64,000 bases of DNA, from NCBI GenBank assembly GCA_964016885.1, contig OZ024745.1, positions 2,666,001 to 2,730,000 on the forward strand, written 5' to 3'. Source of the stretch: Eledone cirrhosa (taxonomy: Eukaryota). Below the pieces are notes generated by a model that saw nothing but the letters and a program-made list of their open reading frames with translations, did no database searches and was not told where the DNA came from. Shown here in pieces: positions 53,701-64,000 of the stretch (positions within the stretch are counted from its first letter, which is position 1; each line of letters starts with the position of its first letter). Position numbers and translations under genes: made by a program.

Positions 53701-56700
53701 ATAGAATTATATAACAGTGTTGGTGGTTGTATGGTAGAACGAGTTATATAATTATATAACAGTGTTGGTGGTTGTATGGTAGAACCAGTTATATAATTAT
53801 ATAACAGTGTTGGTGGTTGTATGGTAGAACCAGTTATATAATTATATAACAGTGTTAGCGGTTGTATGGTAGAACCAGTTATATAATTATATAACAGTGT
53901 TGGTGGCTGTATGGTAGAACCAGTTATATAATTATATAACAGTGTTGGCGGTTCTATGGTAGAACAAGTTATATAATTATATAACAGTGTTGGTGGTTGT
54001 ATGGTAGAACGAGTTATATAATTATATAACAGTGTTGGTGGTTGTATGGTAGAACCAGTTATATAATTATATAACAGTGTTGGCGGTTGTATGGTGGAAC
54101 CAGTTATATAATTATATAACAGTGTTGGTGGTTGTATGGTAGAACGAGTTATATAATTATATAACAGTATTGGCGGTTGTATGGTAGAACCAGTTATATA
54201 ATTATATAACAGTGTTGGTGGTTGTATGGTAGAACCAGTTATATAATTATATAACAGTGTTGGTGGTTGTATGGTAGAACGAGTTATATAATTATATAAC
54301 ACTGTTGGTGGTTGTATGGTAGAACCAGTTATATAATTATATAACAGTGTTGGTGGTTGTATGGTAGAACGAGTTATATAATTATATAACAGTGTTGGTG
54401 GTTGTATGGTAGAACGAGTTATATAATTATATAACAGTGTTGGTGGTTGTATGGTAGAACGAGTTATATAATTATATAACAGTGTTGGTGGTTGTATGGT
54501 AGAACCGGTTATATAATTATATAACAGTGTTGGTGGTTGTATGCTAGAACCACTGGTTATATAATTATATAACAGTGTTGGCGGTTGTATGGTAGAACCA
54601 GTTATATAATTATATAACAGTGTTAGTGGTTGTATGGTAGAACGAGTTATTTAATTATATAACAGTGTTGGTGGTTGTATTATAGAACCAGTTATATAAT
54701 TATATAACAGTGTTGGTGGTTGTATGGTAGAACCAGTTATATAATTATATAACAGTGTTGGTGGCTGTATGGTAGAACCACTGGTTATATAATTATATAA
54801 CAGTGTTGGCGGTTGTATGGTAGAACCAGCTATATAATTATATAACAGTTGGTGGTAGTTGTATGGTAGAACCAGTGATATAATTATATAACAGTGTTGG
54901 TGGTTGTATGGTAGAACGAGTTATATAATTATATATCAGTGTTGGTGGTTGTATGCTAGAACCAGTTATATAATTATATAACAGTGTTGGTGGTTGTATG
55001 GTAGAACCAGTTATATAATTATATAACAGTGTTGGTGGTTGTATGATAGAACCAGTTATATAATTATATAACAGTTGGTGGTTGTATGGTAGAACCAGTT
55101 ATATAATTATATAACAGTGGTAGTGGTTGTATGGTAGAACCAGTTATATAATTATATAACAGTTGGTGGTAGTATGGTAGAACCAGTTATATAATTATAT
55201 AACAGTTTTGGTGGTTGTATGGTAGAACCAGTTATATAATTATATAACAGTTGATGGTTGTATGGTAGAACCAGTTATATAATTATATAACAGTTGGTAG
55301 TTGTATGGTAGAACCAGTTATATAATTATATAACAGTGTTGGTGGTTGTATGGTAGAACCAGTTATATAATTATATAACAGTGTTTGTGGTTGTATGCTT
55401 GAACCAGTTATATAATTATATAACAGTTGGTGGTAGTATGGTAGAACCAGTTATATAATTATATAACAGTTGGTGGAAGTATGGTAGAACCAGTTATATA
55501 ATTATATAACAGTGTTGGTGGTTGTATGGTAGAACCAGTTATATAATTATATAACAGTGTTGGTGGTTGTATGGTAGAACCAGTTATATAATTATATAAC
55601 AGTGTTGGTGGTTGTATGGTAGAGCCAGTGATATAATTATATAACAGAGTTGGTGGTTGTATGGTAGAACCAGTTATATAATTATATAACAGTTGGTGAT
55701 AGTATGGTAGAACCAGTTATATAATTATATTACAGTGTTGGTGGTTGTATGGTAGAACCAGTTATATAATTATATAACAGTTGGTGGTTGTATGGTAGAA
55801 CCAGTTATATAATTATATAACAGTGTTGGTGGTTGTATGGTAGAACCAGTGATATAATTATATAACAGTGTTGGTGGTTGTATGGTAGAACCAGTTATAT
55901 AATTGTATAACAGTTGGTGGTTGTATGGTAGAACCAGTGATATAATTATATAACAGTGTTGGTGGTTGTATGGTAGAACCAGTTATATAATTATATAACA
56001 GTGTTGGTGGTTGTATGGTAGAACCAGTTATATAATTATATAACAGTTGGCGGTTGTATGGTAGAACCAGTTATATAATTATATAACAGTGTTGGTGGCT
56101 GTATGGTAGAACCAGTTATATAATTATATAACAGTGTTGGCGGTTCTATGGTAGAACAAGTTATATAATTATATAACAGTGTTGGTGGTTGTATGGTAGA
56201 ACGAGTTATATAATTATATAACAGTGTTGGTGGTTGTATGGTAGAACCAGTTATATAATTATATAACAGTGTTGGCGATTGTATGGTGGAACCAGTTATA
56301 TAATTATATAACAGTGTTGGTGGTTGTATGGTAGAACGAGTTATATAATTATATAACAGTATTGGCGGTTGTATGGTAGAACCAGTTATATAATTATATA
56401 ACAGTGTTGGTGGTTGTATGGTAGAACCAGTTATATAATTATATAACAGTGTTGGTGGTTGTATGGTAGAACGAGTTATATAATTATATAACACTGTTGG
56501 TGGTTGTATGGTAGAACCAGTTATATAATTATATAACAGTGTTGGTGGTTGTATGGTAGAACGAGTTATATAATTATATAACAGTGTTGGTGGTTGTATG
56601 GTAGAACGAGTTATATAATTATATAACAGTGTTGGTGGTTGTATGGTAGAACGAGTTATATAATTATATAACAGTGTTGGTGGTTGTATGGTAGAACCAG

Positions 56701-59700
56701 TTATATAATTATATAACAGTGTTGGTGGTTGTATGGTAGAACCACTGGTTATATAATTATATAACAGTGTTGGCGGTTGTATGGTAGAACCAGTTATATA
56801 ATTATATAACAGTGTTAGTGGTTGTATGGTAGAACGAGTTATTTAATTATATAACAGTGTTGGTGGTTGTATGGTAGAACCAGTTATATAATTATATAAC
56901 AGTGTTGGTGGTTGTATGGTAGAACCAGTTATATAATTATATAACAGAGTTGGTGGCTGTATGGTAGAACCACTGGTTATATAATTATATAACAGTGTTG
57001 GCGGTTGTATGGTAGAACCAGCTATATAATTATATAACAGTTGGTGGTAGTTGTATGGTAGAACCAGTGATATAATTATATAACAGTGTTGGTGGTTGTA
57101 TGGTAGAACGAGTTATATAATTATATATCAGTGTTGGTGGTTGTATGCTAGAACCAGTTATATAATTATATAACAGTGTTGGTGGTTGTATGGTAGAACC
57201 AGTTATATAATTATATAACAGTGTTGGTGGTTGTATGATAGAACCAGTTATATAATTATATAACAGTTGGTGGTTGTATGGTAGAACCAGTTATATAATT
57301 ATATAACAGTGGTAGTGGTTGTATGGTAGAACCAGTTATATAATTATATAACAGTTGGTGGTAGTATGGTAGAACCAGTTATATAATTATATAACAGTGT
57401 TGGTGGTTGTATGGTAGAACCAGTTATATAATTATATAACAGTTGATGGTTGTATGGTAGAACCAGTTATATAACTATATAACAGTTGGTAGTTGTATGG
57501 TAGAACCAGTTATATAATTATATAACAGTGTTGGTGGTTGTATGGTAGAACCAGTTATATAATTATATAACAGTGTTTGTGGTTGTATGGTTGAACCAGT
57601 TATATAATTATATAACAGTTGGTGGTAGTATGGTAGAACCAGTTATATAATTATATAACAGTTGGTGGAAGTATGGTAGAACCAGTTATATAATTATATA
57701 ACAGTGTTGGTGGTTGTATGGTAGAACCAGTTATATAATTATATAACAGTGTTGGTGGTTGTATGGTAGAACCAGTTATATAATTATATAACAGTGTTGG
57801 TGGTTGTATGGTAGAGCCAGTGATATAATTATATAACAGTGTTGGTGGTTGTATGGTAGAACCAGTTATATAATTATATAACAGTTGGTGATAGTATGGT
57901 AGAACCAGTTATATAATTATATTACAGTGTTGGTGGTTGTATGGTAGAACCAGTTATATAATTATATAACAGTTGGTGGTTGTATGGTAGAACCAGTTAT
58001 ATAATTATATAACAGTGTTGGTGGTTGTATGGTAGAACCAGTGATATAATTATATAACAGTGTTGGTGGTTGTATGGTAGAACCAGTTATATAATTGTAT
58101 AACAGTTGGTGGTTGTATGGTAGAACCAGTGATATAATTATATAACAGTGTTGGTGGTTGTATGGTAGAACCAGTTATATAATTATATAACAGTGTTGGT
58201 GGTTGTATGGTAGAACCAGTTATATAATTATATAACAGTTGGTGGTTGTATGGTAGAACCAGTGATATAATTATATAACAGTGTTGGTGGCTGTATGGTA
58301 GAACCAGTTATATAATTATATAACAGTGTTGGTGGTTGTATGGTAGAACCAGTGATATAATTATATAACAGTGTTGGTGTTTGTATGGTAGAACCAGTTA
58401 TATAATTATATAACAGTGTTGGTGGTGGTATGGTAGAAGCATTTATATAATTATATAACAGTGTTGGTGGTGGTATGGTAGAATCAGTTATATAATTATA
58501 TAACAGTGTTGGTGGTTGTATGGTAGAACCAGTTATATAATTATATAACAGTGTTGGTGGTTGTATGGTAGAACCACTGGTTATATAATTATATAACAGT
58601 GTTGGTGGTTGTATGATAGAACCAGTTATATAATTATATAACAGTTGGTGGTTGTATGGTAGAACCAGTTATATAATTATATAACAGTGTTGGTGGTTGT
58701 ATGGTAGAACCAGTTATATAATTATATAACAGTGTTGGTGGTTGTATGGTAGAACGAGTTATATAATTATATAACAGAGTTGGTGGTTGTATGGTAGAAC
58801 CAGTTATATAATTATATAACAGTGTTGGTGGTTGTATGGTAGAACGAGTTATATAATTATATAACAGTGTTGGTGGTTGTATGGTAGAACGAGTTATATA
58901 ATTATATAACAGTGTTGGTGTTTGTATGGTCGAACCAGTTATATAATTATATAACAGTGTTGGTGGTTGTATGGTAGAACCAGTTATATAATTATATAAC
59001 AGTGTTGGCGGTTGTATGGTAGAACCAGTTATATAATTATATAACAGTGTTGGTGGTTGTATGGTAGAACCAGTTATATAATTATATAACAGTGTTGGCG
59101 GTTGTATGGTAGAACCAGTTATATAATTATATAACAGTGTTGGTGGTTGTATGGTAGAACCAGTTATATAATTATATAACAGTGTTGGTGGTTGTATGGT
59201 AGAACGAGTTATATAATTATATAACAGTGTTGGTGTTTGTATGGTAGAACGAGTTATTTAATTATATAACAGTGTTGGTGGTTGTATGGTAGAACCAGTT
59301 ATATAATTATATAACAGTGTTGGTGGTTGTATGGTAGAACCAGTTATATAATTATATAACAGAGTTGGTGGCTGTATGGTAGAACCACTGGTTATATAAT
59401 TATATAACAGTGTTGGCGGTTGTATGGTAGAACCAGCTATATAATTATATAACAGTTGGTGGTAGTTGTATGGTAGAACCAGTGATATAATTATATAACA
59501 GTGTTGGTGGTTGTATGGTAGAACGAGTTATATAATTATATATCAGTGTTGGTGGTTGTATGCTAGAACCAGTTATATAATTATATAACAGTGTTGGTGG
59601 TTGTATGGTAGAACCAGTTATATAATTATATAACAGTGTTGGTGGTTGTATGATAGAACCAGTTATATAATTATATAACAGTTGGTGGTTGTATGGTAGA

Positions 59701-62700
59701 ACCAGTTATATAATTATATAACAGTGGTAGTGGTTGTATGGTAGAACCAGTTATATAATTATATAACAGTTGGTGGTAGTATGGTAGAACCAGTTATATA
59801 ATTATATAACAGTGTTGGTGGTTGTATGGTAGAACCAGTTATATAATTATATAACAGTTGATGGTTGTATGGTAGAACCAGTTATATAATTATATAACAG
59901 TTGGTAGTTGTATGGTAGAACCAGTTATATAATTATATAACAGTGTTGGTGGTTGTATGGTAGAACCAGTTATATAATTATATAACAGTGTTTGTGGTTG
60001 TATGGTTGAACCAGTTATATAATTATATAACAGTTGGTGGTAGTATGGTAGAACCAGTTATATAATTATATAACAGTTGGTGGAAGTATGGTAGAACCAG
60101 TTATATAATTATATAACAGTGTTGGTGGTTGTATGGTAGAACCAGTTATATAATTATATAACAGTGTTGGTGGTTGTATGGTAGAACCAGTTATATAATT
60201 ATATAACAGTGTTGGTGGTTGTATGGTAGAGCCAGTGATATAATTATATAACAGTGTTGGTGGTTGTATGGTAGAACCAGTTATATAATTATATAACAGT
60301 TGGTGATAGTATGGTAGAACCAGTTATATAATTATATTACAGTGTAGGTGGTTGTATGGTAGAACCAGTTATATAATTATATAACAGTTGGTGGTTGTAT
60401 GGTAGAACCAGTTATATAATTATATAACAGTGTTGGTGGTTGTATGGTAGAACCAGTGATATAATTATATAACAGTGTTGGTGGTTGTATGGTAGAACCA
60501 GTTATATAATTGTATAACAGTTGGTGGTTGTATGGTAGAACCAGTGATATAATTATATAACAGTGTTGGTGGTTGTATGGTAGAACCAGTTATATAATTA
60601 TATAACAGTGTTGGTGGTTGTATGGTAGAACCAGTTATATAATTATATAACAGTTGGTGGTTGTATGGTAGAACCAGTGATATAATTATATAACAGTGTT
60701 GGTGGCTGTATGGTAGAACCAGTTATATAATTATATAACAGTGTTGGTGGTTGTATGGTAGAACCAGTGATATAATTATATAACAGTGTTGGTGTTTGTA
60801 TGGTAGAACCAGTTATATAATTATATAACAGTGTTGGTGGTGGTATGGTAGAAGCAGTTATATAATTATATAACAGTGTTGGTGGTGGTATGGTAGAATC
60901 AGTTATATAATTATATAACAGTGTTGGTGGTTGTATGGTAGAACCAGTGATATAATTATATAACAGTGTTGGTGGTGGTATGGTAGAACCAGTTATATAA
61001 TTATATAACAGTGTTGGTGGTTGTATGGTAGAACCAGTTATATAATTATATAACAGTGTTGGTGGTTGTATGGTAGAACCACTGGTTATATAATTATATA
61101 ACAGTGTTGGTGGTTGTATGATAGAACCAGTTATATAATTATATAACAGTTGGTGGTTGTATGGTAGAACCAGTTATATAATTATATAACAGTGTTGGTG
61201 GTTGTATGGTAGAACCAGTTATATAATTATATAACAGTGTTGGTGGTTGTATGGTAGAACGAGTTATATAATTATATAACAGAGTTGGTGGTTGTATGGT
61301 AGAACCAGTTATATAATTATATAACAGTGTTGGTGGTTGTATGGTAGAACCAGTTATATAATTATATAACAGTGTTGGTGGTTGTATGGTAGAACGAGTT
61401 ATATAATTATATAACAGTGTTGGTGGTTGTATGGTAGAACGAGTTATATAATTATATAACAGTGTTGGTGTTTGTATGGTAGAACCAGTTATATAATTAT
61501 ATAACAGTGTTGGTGGTTGTATGGTAGAACCAGTTATATAATTATATAACAGTGTTGGCGGTTGTATGGTAGAACCAGTTATATAATTATATAACAGTGT
61601 TGGTGGTTGTATGGTAGAACCAGTTATATAATTATATAACAGTGTTGGCGGTTGTATGGTAGAACCAGTTATATAATTATATAACAGTGTTGGTGGTTGT
61701 ATGGTAGAACCAGTTATATAATTATATAACAGTGTTGGTGGTTGTATGGTAGAACGAGTTATATAATTATATAACAGTGTTGGTGGTTGTATGGTAGAAC
61801 CAGTTATATAATTATATAACAGTGTTGGTGGTTGTATGGTAGAACCAGTGATATAATTATATAACAGTGTTGGTGGTTGTATGGTAGAACCAGTTATATA
61901 ATTATATAACAGTTGGTGGTTGTATGGTAGAACCAGTGATATAATTATATAACAGTGTTGGTGGTTGTATGGTAGAACCAGTTATATAATTATATAACAG
62001 TGTTGGTGGTTGTATGGTAGAACCAGTTATATAATTATATAACAGTTGGTGGTTGTATGGTAGAACCAGTGATATAATTATATAACAGTGTTGGTGGCTG
62101 TATGGTAGAACCAGTTATATAATTATATAACAGTTGCTGGTTGTATGGTAGAACCAGTGATATAATTATATAACAGTGTTGGTGGTTGTATGGTAGAACC
62201 AGTGATATAATTATATAACAGTGTTGGCGGTTGTATGGTAGAACCAGTTATATAATTATATAACAGTGTTGGTGGTTGTATGGTAGAACCAGTTATATAA
62301 TTATATAACAGTTGGTGGTTGTATGGTAGAACCAATTATATAATTATATAACAGTGTTGGTGGTTGTATGGTAGAACCAGTGATATAATTATATAACAGT
62401 GTTGGTGGTTGTATGGTAGAACCAGTTATATAATTATATAACAGTTGGTGGTTGTATGGTAGAACCAGTGATATAATTATATAACAGTGTTGGTGGTTGT
62501 ATGGTAGAACAATTTATATAATTATATAACAGTGTTTGTGGTTGTATGGTAGAACCAGTGATATAATTATATAACAGTGTTGGTGGTTGTATGGTAGAAC
62601 CAGTTATATAATTATATAACAGTGTTGGTGGTGGTATGGTAGAACCAGTTATATAATTATATAACAGTGTTGGTGGTTGTATGGTAGAACCACTGGTTAT

Positions 62701-64000
62701 ATAATTATATAACAGTGTTGGTGGTTGTATGGTAGAACCAGTTATATAATTATATAACAGTGTTGGTGGTTGTATGGTAGAACCAGTGATATAATTATAT
62801 AACAGTGTTGGTGGTGGTATGGTAGAACCAGTTATATAATTATATAACAGTGTTGGTGGTGGTATGGTAGAACCAGTTATATAATTATATAACAGTGTTG
62901 GGGGTTGTATGGTAGAACCAGTGATATAATTATATAACAGTGTTGGTGGTGGTATGGTAGTACCAGTTATATAATTATATAACAGTGTTGGTGGTTGTAT
63001 GGTAGAACCAGTTATATAATTATATAACAGTTGGTGGTTGTATGGTAGAACCAGTTATATAATTATATAACAGTGTTGGTGGTTTTATGGTAGAACGAGT
63101 TATATAATTATATAACAGTGTTGGTGGTTGTATGGTAGAACGAGTTATATAATTATATAACAGTGTTGGTGGTTGTATGGTAGAACCAGTTATATAATTA
63201 TATAACAGTTGGTGATAGTATGGTAGAACCAGTTATATAATTATATTATAGTGTTGGTGGTTGTATGGTAGAACCAGTTATATAATTATATAACAGTTGG
63301 TGGTTGTATGGTAGAACCAGTTATATAATTATATAACAGTGTTGGTGGTTGTATGGTAGAACCAGTGATATAATTATATAACAGTGTTGGTGGTTGTATG
63401 GTAGAACCAGTTATATAATTGTATAACAGTTGGTGGTTGTATGGTAGAACCAGTGATATAATTATATAACAGTGTTGGTGGTTGTATGGTAGAACCAGTT
63501 ATATAATTATATAACAGTGTTGGTGGTTGTATGGTAGAACCAGTTATATAATTATATAACAGTTGGTGGTTGTATGGTAGAACCAGTGATATAATTATAT
63601 AACAGTGTTTGTGGCTGTATGGTAGAACCAGTTATATAATTATATAACAGTGTTGGTGGTTGTATGGTAGAACCAGTGATATAATTATATAACAGTGTTG
63701 GTGGTGGTATGGTAGAACGAGTTATATAATTATATAACAGTGTTGGTGGTGGTATGGTTGAACCAGTTATATAATTATATAACAGTGTTGGTGGTTGTAT
63801 GGTAGACCCAGTGATATAATTATATAACAGTGTTGGTGGCTGTATGGTAGAACCACTGGTTATATAATTATATAACAGTGTTGGCGGTTGTATGGTAGAA
63901 CCAGCTATATAATTATATAACAGTTGGTGGTAGTTGTATGGTAGAACCAGTTATATAATTATATAACAGTTGGTGGTTGTATGGTAGAACCAGTTATATA
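50784..64000. repeat. Second copy of ~19946-33162; higher-order duplication with a period of 30,838 bp
   Basis: Identical ORFs at 22781/53619, 25198/56036 and 31285/62123 are all offset by 30,838. Rare variants match in order from cagtcttgg (19963/50801) to gtagaccc near the window end. Confidence 0.95.

Larger units (their letters stand above)
5864..64000. repeat. 45-bp satellite array (about 1,300 monomers; 43-, 45-, 46- and 48-bp length variants) with an 18-bp palindrome per unit; continues beyond the window
   Basis: Head-to-tail ACAGTGTTGGTGGTTGTATGGTAGAACCAGTTATATAATTATATA, with no foreign insertion or orientation switch seen. 43-bp variants are ACAGTTGG or TAAGTG. The 48-bp variant is AACCACTGGTT and the 46-bp variant is CAGTTGGTGGTAGTTG. 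Copy number is estimated from length/~45. Confidence 0.99.

Noticed and set aside
8133-62335. Minus-strand ORFs encoding (LLYNYITGSTIQPPT)n, superficially mucin-like
   Set aside because: 45 bp equals 15 codons, so one frame is open by chance. Frequent 43- and 46-bp monomers break the frame, and there is no unique N- or C-terminal domain, signal peptide or splice context.
5864-64000. CRISPR-like array (palindromic repeat at regular spacing)
   Set aside because: The sequence between palindromes is constant rather than unique spacers. There are no cas genes, and the context is eukaryotic (SINE).
5864-64000. G-quadruplex array or true TATA-box promoters in the monomer
   Set aside because: There are only GG runs (three per monomer), so no canonical G3 quadruplex motif. 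TATATAA is an automatic part of the AT palindrome with no other promoter evidence.
1-64000. Whole window as a sequencing artefact or synthetic sequence
   Set aside because: Hierarchically shared variants, whole-monomer indels and a recognisable SINE are typical of genuine satellite DNA. Only the largest duplication remains a possible assembly issue.

Overview
This window is almost entirely non-coding eukaryotic (most likely invertebrate animal) satellite DNA, and I can support no protein-coding gene. It has three parts. (1) 1-~5410 is an 8-bp tandem repeat, GACACC(A/G)A, with an internal 3,565-bp higher-order duplication. (2) ~5411-5863 is a ~450-bp unique AT-rich island holding an apparently full-length tRNA-derived SINE on the minus strand (A box, B box, CORE-like central domain, short repeat tail) plus two extra B-box-like motifs in the same orientation. 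(3) 5864-64000, running off the window, is a ~58-kb array of roughly 1,300 copies of a 45-bp monomer (ACAGTGTTGGTGGTTGTATGGTAGAACCAGTTATATAATTATATA) with a perfect 18-bp palindrome GTTATATAATTATATAAC across each unit junction. Monomer variants act as a barcode that reveals nested duplications with offsets of about 1.3, 2.0-2.4, 3.2, 5.8/6.1 and 30.8 kb. All listed ORFs are by-products of repeat composition. The most unusual observations are the three co-oriented B boxes in the island between the two satellites (one fused to the first 45-bp monomer) and monomer variants that look templated by the monomer's own hairpin. Any functional reading of these is inference.
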